A stretch of DNA of 64,000 nucleotides from assembly GCF_009914755.1 (NCBI RefSeq), contig NC_060925.1, one strand, 5' to 3'. This document shows positions 52,201 through 64,000 of this stretch, piece after piece. The position numbers and the translations under genes were made by a program. The notes beneath the pieces are model-generated. The model saw nothing but the letters and a program-made list of their open reading frames with translations, was not told where the DNA came from and made no database searches. Positions within the stretch are counted from its first letter, which is position 1; each line of letters starts with the position of its first letter. This DNA comes from the human T2T-CHM13v2.0 reference genome, Homo sapiens.

Positions 52201-52869
52201 TGTGTATTCAACTCACAGAGTTGAACGATCCTTTACAGAGAGCAGACTTGAAACACTTTTTGTGGAATTTGCAAGTGGAGATTTCAGCCGCTTTGAGGTC
52301 AATGGTAGAATAGGAAATATCTTCCTATAGAAACTAGACAGAATGATTCTCAGAAACTCCTTTGTGATGTGTGCGTTCAACTCACAGAGTTTAACCTTTC
52401 TTTTCATAGAGCAGTTAGGAAACACTCTGTTTGTAAAGTCTGCAAGTGGATATTCAGACCTCTTTGAGGCCTTCGTTGGAAACGGGATTTCTTCATATTC
52501 TGCTAGACAGAAGAATTCTCAGTAACTTCCTTGTGTTGTGTGTATTCAACTCACAGAGTTGAACGATCCTTTACACAGAGCAGACTTGAAACACTCTTTT
52601 TGTGGAATTTGCAAGTGGAGATTTCAGCCGCTTTGAGGTCAATGGTAGAAAAGGAAATTATCTTCGTATAAAGACTAGACAGAATGATTCTCAGAAAATC
52701 CTTTGTGATGTGTGTGTTCAACTCACAGAGTTTAACCTTTCTTTTCATAGAGCAGTTAGTAAACACTCTGTTTATAAAGTCTGCAAGTGGATATTCAGAC
52801 CCCTTTGAGGCCTTCGTTGGAAACGGGATTTCTTCATATTATGCTAGACAGAAGAATTCTCAGTAACTT

Positions 52870-55800
52870 CCTTGTGTTGTGTGTATTCAACTGACAGAGT
52901 TGAACTTTCATTTAGAGAGAGCAGATTTGAAACACTGTTTTTGTGGAATTTGCAAGTGGAGATTTCAAGCGCTTTGGGGCCAAAGGCAGAAAAGGAAATA
53001 TCTTCGTATAAAAACTAGACAGAATCATTCTCAGAAACTGCTGCGTGATGTGTGCGTTCAACTCTCAGAGTTTAACTTTTCTTTTCATTCAGCGGTTTGG
53101 AAACACTCTGTTTGTAAAGTCTGCACGTGGATATTTTGACCACTTAGAGGCCTTCGTTGGAAACGGGTTTTTTGCATGTAAGGCTAGACAGAAGAATTCC
53201 CAGTAACTTCCTTGTGTTGTGTGCATTCAACTCACAGAGTTGAACGTTCCCTTAGACAGAGCAGATTTGAAACACTCTATTTGTGCAATTTGCAAGTGTA
53301 GATTTCAAGCGCTTTAAGGTCAATGGCAGAAAAGGATATATCTTCGTTTCAAAACTAGACAGAATCATTCCCACAAACTGCGTTGTGATGTGTTCGTTCA
53401 ACTCACAGAGTTTAACCTTTCTGTTCATAGAGCAGTTAGGAAACACTCTGTTTGTAAAGTCTGTAAGTGGATATTCTGACATCTTGTGGCCTTCGTTGGA
53501 AACGGGATTTCTTCATATTCTGCTAGACAGAAGAATTCTCAGTAACTTCCTCGTGTTGTGTGTATTCAACTCACAGAGTTGAACGATCCTTTACACAGAG
53601 CAGACTTGAAACACTCTTTTTGTGGAATTTGCAAGTGGAGATTTCAGCCGCTTTGAGGTCAATGGTAGAAAAGGAAATATCTTCGTATAAAGACTAGACA
53701 GAATGATTCTCAGAAACTCCTTTGTGATGTGTGCGTTCAACTCACAGAGTTTAACCTTTCTTTTCATAGAGCAGTTAGGAAACACTCTGTTTGTAAAGTC
53801 TGCAAGTGGATATTCAGACCTCCTTGAGGCCTTCTTTGGAAACGGGATTTCTTCATATTCTGCTAGGCAGAAGAATTCTCAGTAATTTCCTTGTGTTGTG
53901 TGTATTCAACTCACAGAGTTGAACGATCCTTTACACAGAGCAGACTTGAAACACTCTTTTTGTGGAATTTGTAAGTGGAGATTTCAGCCGCTTTGAGGTC
54001 AATGGTAGAAAAGGAAATATCTTCGTAAAAGACTAGACAGAATGATTCTCAGAAACTCCTTTGTGATGTGTGCGTTCAACTCACAGAGTTTAACTTTTCT
54101 TTTCATAGAGCAGTTAGGAAACACTCTGGAAACGGGATTTCTTCATATTATGCTAGACAGAAGAATTCTCAGTAACTTCCTTGTGTTGTGTGTATTCAAC
54201 TCACAGAGTTGAACGATCCTTTACACAGAGCAGACTTGAAACACTCTTTTTGTGGAATTTGCAAGTGGAGATTTCAGCCGCTTTGAGGTCAATTGTAGAA
54301 AAGGAAACTATCTTCGTATAAAGACTAGACAGAATGATTCTCAGAAAATCCTTTGTGATGTGTGCGTTCAACTCACAGAGTTTAACTTTTCTTTTCATAT
54401 AGCAGTTAGGAAACACTTTGTTTGTAAAGTCTGCAAGTGGATATTCAGACTTCTTTGAGGCATTCGTTGGAAACGGGATTTCTTCATATTATGCTAGAGA
54501 GAATAATTCTCAGTAACTTCCTTGTGTTGTGTGTATTCAACTCACAGAGTTGAAGGATCCTTTACAGAGAGCAGACTTGAAACACACTTTTTGTGGAATT
54601 TGCAAGTAGAGATTTCAGCCGCTTTGAGGTCAATGGTAGAATAGGAAATATCTTCCTATAGAAACTAGACAGAATGATTCTCAGAAACTCCTTTGTGATG
54701 TGTGCGTTCAACTCACAGAGTTTAACGTTTCTTTTCATAGAGCAGTTAGGAAACACTCTGTTTGTAAAGTCTGCAAGTGGATATTCAGACTTCTTTGAGG
54801 CCTTCGTTGGAAACGGGATTTCTTCATATTCTGCTAGACAGAAGAATTCTCAGTAACTTCCTTGTGTTGTGTGTATTCAACTGACAGAGTTGAACTTTCA
54901 TTTAGAGAGAGCAGATTTGAAACACTGTTTTTGTGGAATTTGCAAGTGGAGATTTCAAGCGCTTTGGGGCCAAAGGCAGAAAAGGAAATATCTTCGTATA
55001 AAAACTAGACAGAATCATTCTCAGAAACTGCTGCGTGATGTGTGCGTTCAACTCTCAGAGTTTAACTTTTCTTTTCATTCAGCGGTTTGGAAACACTCTG
55101 TTTGTAAAGTCTGCACGTGGATATTTTGACCACTTAGAGGCCTTCGTTGGAAACGGGTTTTTTGCATGTAAGGCTAGACAGAAGAATTCCCAGTAACTTC
55201 CTTGTGTTGTGTGCATTCAACTCACAGAGTTGAACGTTCCCTTAGACAGAGCAGATTTGAAACACTCTATTTGTGCAATTTGCAAGTGTAGATTTCAAGC
55301 GCTTTAAGGTCAATGGCAGAAAAGGATATATCTTCGTTTCAAAACTAGACAGAATCATTCCCACAAACTGCGTTGTGATGTGTTCGTTCAACTCACAGAG
55401 TTTAACCTTTCTGTTCATAGAGCAGTTAGGAAACACTCTGTTTGTAAAGTCTGTAAGTGGATATTCTGACATCTTGTGGCCTTCGTTGGAAACGGGATTT
55501 CTTCATATTCTGCTAGACAGAAGAATTCTCAGTAACTTCCTCGTGTTGTGTGTATTCAACTCACAGAGTTGAACGATCCTTTACACAGAGCAGACTTGAA
55601 ACACTCTTTTTGTGGAATTTGCAAGTGGAGATTTCAGCCGCTTTGAGGTCAATGGTAGAAAAGGAAATATCTTCGTATAAAGACTAGACAGAATGATTCT
55701 CAGAAACTCCTTTGTGATGTGTGCGTTCAACTCACAGAGTTTAACCTTTCTTTTCATAGAGCAGTTAGGAAACACTCTGTTTGTAAAGTCTGCAAGTGGA

Positions 55801-56850
55801 TATTCAGACCTCCTTGAGGCCTTCTTTGGAAACGGGATTTCTTCATATTCTGCTAGGCAGAAGAATTCTCAGTAATTTCCTTGTGTTGTGTGTATTCAAC
55901 TCACAGAGTTGAACGATCCTTTACACAGAGCAGACTTGAAACACTCTTTTTGTGGAATTTGCAAGTGGAGATTTCAGCCGCTTTGAGGTCAATGGTAGAA
56001 AAGGAAATATCTTCGTAAAAGACTAGACAGAATGATTCTCAGAAACTCCTTTGTGATGTGTGCGTTCAACTCACAGAGTTTAACTTTTCTTTTCATAGAG
56101 CAGTTAGGAAACACTCTGGAAACGGGATTTCTTCATATTATGCTAGACAGAAGAATTCTCAGTAACTTCCTTGTGTTGTGTGTATTCAACTCACAGAGTT
56201 GAACGATCCTTTACACAGAGCAGACTTGAAACACTCTTTTTGTGGAATTTGCAAGTGGAGATTTCAGCCGCTTTGAGGTCAATTGTAGAAAAGGAAACTA
56301 TCTTCGTATAAAGACTAGACAGAATGATTCTCAGAAAATCCTTTGTGATGTGTGCGTTCAACTCACAGAGTTTAACTTTTCTTTTCATATAGCAGTTAGG
56401 AAACACTTTGTTTGTAAAGTCTGCAAGTGGATATTCAGACTTCTTTGAGGCATTCGTTGGAAACGGGATTTCTTCATATTATGCTAGAGAGAATAATTCT
56501 CAGTAACTTCCTTGTGTTGTGTGTATTCAACTCACAGAGTTGAACGATCCTTTACAGAGAGCAGACTTGAAACACACTTTTTGTGGAATTTGCAAGTAGA
56601 GATTTCAGCCGCTTTGAGGTCATTGGTAGAATAGGAAATATCTTCCTATAGAAACTAGACAGAATGATTCTCAGAAACTCCTTTGTGATGTGTGCGTTCA
56701 ACTCACAGAGTTTAACGTTTCTTTTCATAGAGCAGTTAGGAAACACTCTGTTTGTAAAGTCTGCAAGTGGATATTCAGACTTCTTTGAGGCCTTCGTTGG
56801 AAACGGGATTTCTTCATATTCTGCTAGACAGAAGAATTCTCAGTAACTTC
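52870..56850 (+). repeat. Tandem duplication of a 1990-bp unit (6 dimers including the 49-bp deletion)
   Basis: ORFs map 52879->54869, 53252->55242, 54201->56191 and 54674->56664. Shared variants include AAGGATATA, CCTCGTG, CTAGGCAG, CGTAAAAGAC, GGCATTCG and AACGTTTC. Confidence 0.93.
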
Positions 56851-59800
56851 CTTGTGTTGTGTGTATTCAACTCACAGAGTGGAACGATCCTTTACACAGA
56901 GCAGACTTGAAACACTCTTTTTGTGGAATTTGCAAGTGGAGATTTCAGCCGCTTTGAGGTCAATAGTGGAAAAGGAAATATCTTCGTAGAAAAACTAGAC
57001 AGAATTATTCTCAGAAACTCCTTTGTGATGTGTGTGTTCAACTCACAGAGTTTAACCTTTCTTTTCATAGAGCAGTTAGTAAACACTCTGTTTATAAAGT
57101 CTGCAAGTGGATATTCAGACCCCTTTGAGGCCTTCGTTGGAAACGGGATTTCTTCATATTATTCTAGACAGAATAATTCTCAGTAACTTCCTTGTGTTGT
57201 GTGTATTCTACTCACAGAGTTGAACGATCCTTTACAGAGAGCAGACTTGAAACACTCTTTTTGTGGAATTTGCAAGTGGAGATTTCAGCCGCTTTGAGGT
57301 CAATGGTAGAATAGGAAATATCTTCCTATAGAAACTAGACAGAATGATTCTCATAAACTCCTTTGTGATGTGTGCGTTCAACTCACAGAGTTTAACCTTT
57401 CTTTTCATAGAGCAGTTAGGAAACACTCTGTTTGTAAAGTCTGCAAGTGGATATTCAGACCTCTTTGAGGCCTTCGTTGGAAACGGGATTTCTTCATATT
57501 CTGCTAGACAGAAGAATTCTCAGTAACTTCCTTGTGTTGTGTGTATTCAACTGACAGAGTTGAACTTTCATTTAGAGAGAGCAGATTTGAAACACTGTTT
57601 TTGTGGAATTTGCAAGTGGAGATTTCAAGCGCTTTGGGGCCAAAGGCAGAAAAGGAATTATCTTCGTATAAAAACTAGACAGAATCATTCTCAGAAACTG
57701 CTGCGTGATGTGTGCGTTCAACTCTCAGAGTTTAACTTTTCTTTTCATTCAGCGGTTTGGAAACACTCTGTTTGTAAAGTCTGCACGTGGATATTTTGAC
57801 CACATAGAGGCCTTCGTTGGAAACGGGTTTTTTTCATGTAAGGCTAGACAGAAGAATTCCCAGTAACTTCCTTGTGTTGTGTGCATTCCACTCACAGAGT
57901 TGAACGTTCCCTTAGACAGAGCAGATTTGAAACACTCTATTTGTGCAATTTGCAAGTGTAGATTTCAAGCTCTTTAAGGTCAATGGCAGAAAAGGAAATA
58001 TCTTCGTTTCAAAACTAGACAGAATCATTCCCACAAACTGCGTTGTGATGTGTTCGTTCAACTCACAGAGTTTAACCTTTCTGTTCATAGAGCAGTTAGG
58101 AAACACTCTGTTTGTAAAGTCTGTAAGTGGATATTCTGACATTTTGTGGCCTTCGTTGGAAATGGGATTTCTTCATATTCTCCTAGACAGAAGAATTCTC
58201 AGTAACTTCCTTGTGTTGTGTGTATTCAACTAACAGAGTTGAACGATCCTTTACACAGAGCAGACTTGAAACACTCTTTTTGTGGAATTTGCAAGTGGAG
58301 ATTTCAGCCGATTTGAGGTCAATGGTAGAAAAGGAAATATCTTCGAATAAAGACTAGACAGAATGATTCTCAGAAACTCCTTTTTGATGTGTGCGTTCAA
58401 CTCACAGAGTTTAACCTTTCTTTTCATAGAGCAGTTAGGAAACACTCTGTTTGTAAAGTCTGCAAGTGGATATTCAGACCTCCTTGAGGCCTTCGTTGGA
58501 AAAGGGATTTCTTCATATTCTGCTAGACAGAAGAATTCTCAGTAACTTCCTTGTGTTGTGTGTATTCAACTCACAGAGTTGAACGATCCTTTACCCAGAG
58601 CAGACTTGAAACACTCTTTTTGTGGAATTTGCAAGTGGAGATTTCAGCCGCTTTGAGGTCAATGGTAGAAAAGGAAATATCTTCGTATAAAGACTAGACA
58701 GAATGATTCTCAGAAACTCCTTTGTGATGTGTGCGTTCAACTCACAGAGTTTAACTTTTCTTTTCATAGAGCAGTTAGGAAACACTCTGTTTGTAAAGTC
58801 TGCAAGTGGATATTCAGACCTCTTTGAGGCCTTCGTTGGAAACGGGATTTCTTCATATTCTGCTAGACAGAAGAATTCTCAGTAACTTCCTTGTGTTGTG
58901 TGTATTCAACTCACAGAGTTGAACGATCCTTTACAGAGAGCAGATTTGAAACACTGTTTTTGTGGAATTTGCAAGTGGAGATTTCAAGCGCTTTGGGGCC
59001 AAAGGCAGAAAAGGAATTATCTTCGTATAAAAACTAGACAGAATCATTCTCAGAAACTGCTGCGTGATGTGTGCGTTCAACTCTCAGAGTTTAACTTTTC
59101 TTTTCATTCAGCGGTTTGGAAACACTCTGTTTGTAAAGTCTGCACGTGGATATTTTGACCACTTAGAGGTCTTCGTTGGAAACGGGTTTTTTGCATGTAA
59201 GGCTAGACAGAAGAATTCCCAGTAACTTCCTTGTGTTGTGTGCATTCAACTCACAGTGTTGAACGTTCCCTTAGACAGAGCAGATTTGAAACACTCTATT
59301 TGTGCAATTTGCAAGTGTAGATTTCAAGCGCTTTAAGGTCAATGGCAGAAAACGAAATATCTTCGTTTCAAAACTAGACAGAATCATTCCCACAAACTGC
59401 GTTGTGATGTGTTCGTTCAACTCACAGAGTTTAACCTTTCTGTTCATAGAGCAGTTAGGAAACACTCTGTTTGTAAAGTCTGTAAGTGGATATTCTGACA
59501 TCTTGTGGCCTTCGTTGGAAACGGGATTTCTTCATATTCTGCTAGACAGAAGAATTCTCAGTAACTTCCTTGTGTTGTGTGTATTCAACTCACAGAGTTG
59601 AACGATCCTTTACACAGAGCAGACTTGAAACACTCTTTTTGTGGAATTTGCAAGTGGAGATTTCAGCCGCTTTGAGGTCAATGGTAGAAAAGGAAATATC
59701 TTCGTATAAAGACTAGACAGAATGATTCTCAGAAACTCCTTTGTGATGTGGGCGTTCAACTCACAGAGTTTAACTTTTCTTTTCATAGAGCAGTTAGGAA

Positions 59801-62800
59801 ACACTCTGTTTGTAAAGTCTGCAAGTGGATATTCAGACCTCTTTGAGGCCTTCGTTGGAAACGGGATTTCTTCATATTATGCTAGACAGAATAATTCTCA
59901 GTAACTTCCTTGTGTTGTGTATTCAACTCACAGAGTTGAACGATCCTTTACAGAGAGCAGACTTGAAACACTCTTTTTGTGGAATTTGCAAGTGGAGATT
60001 TCAGCCGCTTTGAGGTCAATGGTAGAATAGGAAATATCTTCCTATAGAAACTAGACAGAATGATTCTCAGAAACTCCTTTGTGATGTGTGCGTTCAACTC
60101 ACAGAGTTTAACCTTTCTTTTCATAGAGCAGTTAGGAAACACTCTGTTTGTAAAGTCTGCAAGTGGATATTCAGACCTCTTTGAGGCCTTCGTTGGAAAC
60201 GGGATTTCTTCATATTCTGCTAGACAGAAGAATTCTCAGTAACTTCCTTGTGTTGTGTGTATTCAACTGACAGAGTTGAACTTTCATTTAGAGAGAGCAG
60301 ATTTGAAACACTGTTTTTGTGGAATTTGCAAGTGGAGATTTCAAGCGCTTTGTGGCCAAATGTAGAAAAGGAAATATCTTCGTATAAAAACTAGACAGAA
60401 TCATTCTCAGAAACTGCTGCGTGATGTATGCGTTCCACTATCAGAGTTTAACTTTTCTTTTCATTCAGCGGTTTGGAAACACTCTGTTTGTAAAGTCTGC
60501 ACGTGGATATTTTGACCACTTAGAGGCCTTCGTTGGAAACGGGTTTTTTGCATGTAAGGCTAGACAGAAGAATTCCCAGTAACTTCCTTGTGTTGTGTGC
60601 ATTCAACTCACAGAGCTGAACGTTCCCTTAGACAGAGCAGATTTGAAACACTCTATTTGTGCAATTTGCAAGTGTAGATTTCAAGCGCTTTAAGGTCAAT
60701 GGCAGAAAAGGAAATATCTTCGTTTCAAAACTAGACAGAATCATTCCCACAAACTGCGTTGTGATGTGTTCGTTCAACTCACAGAGTTTAACCTTTCTGT
60801 TCATAGAGCAGTTAGGAAACACTCTGTTTGTAAAGTCTGTAAGTGGATATTCTGACATCTTGTGGCCTTCGTTGGAAACGGGATTTCTTCATATTCTGCT
60901 AGACAGAAGAATTCTCAGTAACTTCCTTGTGTTGTGTGTATTCAACTCACAGAGTTGAACGATCCTTTACACAGAGCAGACTTGAAACACACTTTTTGTG
61001 GAATTTGCAAGTGGAGTTTTCAGCCGCTTTGAGGTCAATGGTAGAAAAGGAAATATCTTCGTATAAAGACTAGACAGAATGATTCTCAGAAACTCCTTTG
61101 TGATGTGTGCGTTCAACTCACAGAGTTTAACTTTTCTTTTCATAGAGCAGTTAGGAAACACTCTGTTTGTAAAGTCTGCAAGTGGATATTCAGAACTCTT
61201 TGAGGCCTTCGTTGGAAACGGGATTTCTTCATATTCTGCTAGACAGAAGAATTCTCAGTAACTTCCTTGTGTTCTGTGTATTCAACTCACAGAGTTGAAC
61301 GATCCTTTACACAGAGCAGACTTGAAACACTCTTTTTGTGGAATTTGCAAGTGGAGATTTCAGCCGCTTTGAGGTCAATGGTAGAAAAGGAAATATCTTC
61401 GTATAAAGACTAGACAGAATGATTCTCATAAACTCCTTTGTGATGTGTGCGTTCAATTCACAGAGTTTAACCTTTCTTTTCATAGAGCAGTTAGGAAACA
61501 CTCTGTTTGTAAAGTCTGCAAGTGGATATTCAGACCTCCTTGAGGCCTTCGTTTGAAACGGGATTTCTTCATATTCTGCTAGACAGAAGAATTCTCAGTA
61601 ACTTCCTTGTGTTGTGTGTATTCAACTCAGAGAGTTGAACGATCCTTTACACAGAGCAGACTTGAAACACTCTTTTTGTGGAATTTGCAAGTGGAGATTA
61701 CAGCCGCTTTAAGGTCAATGGTAGAAAAGGAAACTATCTTCGTATAAAGACTAGACAGAATGATTCTCAGAAAATCCTTTGTGATGTGTGCGTTCAACTC
61801 ACAGAGTTTAACTTTTCTTTTCATAGAGCAGTTAGGAAACACTCTGTTTGTAAAGTCTGCAAGTGGATAATCAGACCTCTTTGAGGCCTTCGTTGGAAAC
61901 GGGATTTCTTCATATTATGCTAGACGGAATAATTCTCAGTAACTTCCTTGTGTTGTGTGTATTCAACTCACAGAGTTGAACGATCCTTTACAGAGAGCAG
62001 ACTTGAAACACTCTTTTTGTGGAATTTGCAAGTGGAGATTTCAGCCGCGTTGAGGTCAATGGTAGAATAGGAAATATCTTCCTATAGAAACTAGACAGAA
62101 TGATTCTCAGAAACTCCTTTGTGATGTGTGCGTTCAACTCACAGAGTTTAACCTTTCTTTTCATAGAGCAGTTAGGAAACACTCTGTTTGTAAAGTCTGC
62201 AAGTGGATATTCAGACCTCTTTGAAGCCTTCGATGGAAACGGGATTTCTTCATATTCTGCTAGACAGAAGAATTCTCAGTAACTTCCTTGTGTTGTGTGT
62301 ATTCAACTCACAGATTTGAACGATCCTTTACAGAGAGCAGACTTGAAACACTCTTTTTGTGGAATTTGCAAGTGGAGATTTCAGCCGCTTTGAGGTCAAT
62401 AGTAGAAAAGGAAATATCTTCGTAGAAAAACTAGACAGAATGATTCTCAGAAACTCCTTTGTGATGTGTGTGTTCAACTCACAGAGTTTAACCTTTCTTT
62501 TCATAGAGCAGTTAGTAAACACTCTGTTTATAAAGTCTGCAAGTGGATATTCAGACCCCTTGGAGGCCTTCGTTGGAAACGGGATTTCTTCATATTATGC
62601 TAGACAGAAGAATTCTCAGTAACTTCCTTGTGTTGTGTGTATTCAACTGACAGAGTTGAACTTTCATTTAGAGAGAGCAGATTTGAAACACTGTTTTTGT
62701 GGAATTTGCAAGTGGAGATTTCAAGCGCTTTGGGGCCAAAGGCAGAAAAGGAAATATCTTCGTTTAAAAACTAGACAGAATCATTCTCAGAAACTGCTGC

Positions 62801-64000
62801 GTGATGTGTGCGTGCAACTCTCAGAGTTTAACTTTTCTTTTCATTCAGCGGTTTGGAAGCACTCTGTTTGTAAAGTCTGCACGTGGATATTTTGACCACT
62901 TAGAGGCCTTCGTTGGAAACGGGTTTTTTTCATGTAAGGCTAGACAGAAGAATTCCCAGTAACTTCCTTGTGTTGTGTGCATTCAACTCACAGAGTTGAA
63001 CGTTCCCTTACACAGAGCAGATTTGAAACACTCTATTTGTGCAATTTGCAAGTGTAGATTTCAAGCGCTTTAAGGTCAATGGCAGAAAAGGAAATATCTT
63101 CGTTTCAAAACTAGACAGAATCATTCCCACAAACTGCGTTGTGATGTGTTCGTTCAACTCACAGAGTTTAACCTTTCTGTTCATAGAGCAGTTAGGAAAC
63201 ACTCTGTTTGTAATGTCTGTATGTGGATATTCTGACATCTTGTGGCCTTCGTTGGAAACGGGATTTCTTCATATTCTGCTAGACAGAAGAATTCTCAGTA
63301 ACTTCCTTGTGTTGTGTGTATTCAACTCACAGAGTTGAACGATCCTTTACACAGAGCAGACTTGAAACACTCTTTTTGTGGAATTTGCAAGTGGAGATTT
63401 CAGCCGCTTTGAGGTCAATGGTAGAAAAGGAAATATCTTCGTATAAAGACTAGACAGAATGATTCTCAGAAACTCCTTTGTGATGTGTGCGTTCAACTCA
63501 CAGAGTTTAACTTTTCTTTTCATAGAGCAGTTAGGAAACACTCTGTTTGTAAAGTCTGCAAGTGGATATTCACACCTCTTTGAGGCCTTCGTTGGAAACG
63601 GGATTTCTTCATATTCTGCTAGACAGAGGAATTCTCAGTAACTTCCTTGTGTTGTGTGTATTCAACTCACAGAGTTGAACGATCCTTTACACAGAGCAGA
63701 CTTGAAACACTCTTTTTGTGGAATTTGCAAGTGGAGATTTCAGCCGCTTTGAGGTCAATGGTAGAAAAGGAAATATCTTCTTATAAAGACTAGACAGAAA
63801 GATTCTCAGAAACTCCTTTGTGATGTGTGCGTTCAACTCACAGAGTTTAACTTTTCTTTTCATAGAGCAGTTAGGAAACACTCTGATTGTAAAGTCTGCA
63901 AGTGGATATTCAGACCTCTTTGAGGCCTTCGTTGGAAACGGGATTTCTTCATATTCAGCTAGACAGAATAATTCTCAGTAACTTCCTTGTGTTGTGTGTA

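Larger units (their letters stand above)
1..64000 (+). repeat. Centromeric alpha-satellite array, dimeric (~340 bp) SF1 type, probably D1Z7/D5Z2/D19Z3 (S1C1/5/19H1L) higher-order repeat
   Basis: Seen: the motifs CAACTCACAGAGTT, GAAACACTCT, GCAAGTGGA and CTAGACAGAA recur every ~170 bp. The dimer start CCTTGTGTTGTGTG recurs every 339-341 bp (1, 341, 680, 1020, 1361...) to the end of the window, always in the same orientation. Known: 171-bp monomers with alternating CENP-B box and a 340-bp EcoRI period characterise human SF1 alphoid DNA. The specific array name is recalled, and chr1, chr5 and chr19 cannot be told apart here. Confidence 0.98.

Noticed and set aside
43-63881. Hundreds of 60-108 aa ORFs on both strands (MFPNCSMKRK..., MILRNSFVMC..., MCIQLTELNF...)
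   Set aside because: They recur with the 340-bp period, overlap in several frames, often use non-ATG starts, and are freely frameshifted or truncated between copies. They are translations of satellite DNA and are useful only as alignment markers.
1-64000. CRISPR-like or other repeat-spacer array
   Set aside because: The sequence between conserved motifs is itself repeated. There are no unique spacers, leader or cas genes.
1-64000. Embedded L1/Alu/ERV insertion or strand inversion
   Set aside because: I saw no non-alphoid segment, poly(A) tail, target-site duplication or reverse-orientation monomer on reading through the window.
1-64000. Assignment to one chromosome or to the active kinetochore (CENP-A, hypomethylated) domain
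   Set aside because: This array family is shared by several chromosomes, and kinetochore position is epigenetic. Neither can be read from the sequence alone.

Overview
The whole 64 kb window is one uninterrupted, head-to-tail, single-orientation array of primate (human-type) centromeric alpha satellite. It consists of ~170-bp monomers arranged as ~340-bp A/B dimers (about 188 dimers), with a CENP-B box (CTTCGTTGGAAACGGGA) in every second monomer and an EcoRI site in most dimers. The sequence looks like suprachromosomal family 1, most like the D1Z7/D5Z2/D19Z3 (S1C1/5/19H1L) array shared by chromosomes 1, 5 and 19; this assignment is from recognition, not a database search. I see no genes, transposon insertions, inversions, RNA genes or CRISPR arrays, and all listed ORFs are by-products of the repeat. 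I found no evidence of a new gene-based system. The interesting content is internal array structure. Three dimer classes (called X, Y and Z here) form an irregular X-Y-Z(n) higher-order repeat. Nested duplications occur at offsets of 340, 1990, 2040, 7816, 10144, 22381 and ~37280 bp. A 49-bp deletion removing half a CENP-B box recurs five times, each time next to a point-mutated box. There are also two runs of three consecutive inactivated boxes and several recombinant dimers. All comparisons were made by eye, so block boundaries are approximate.
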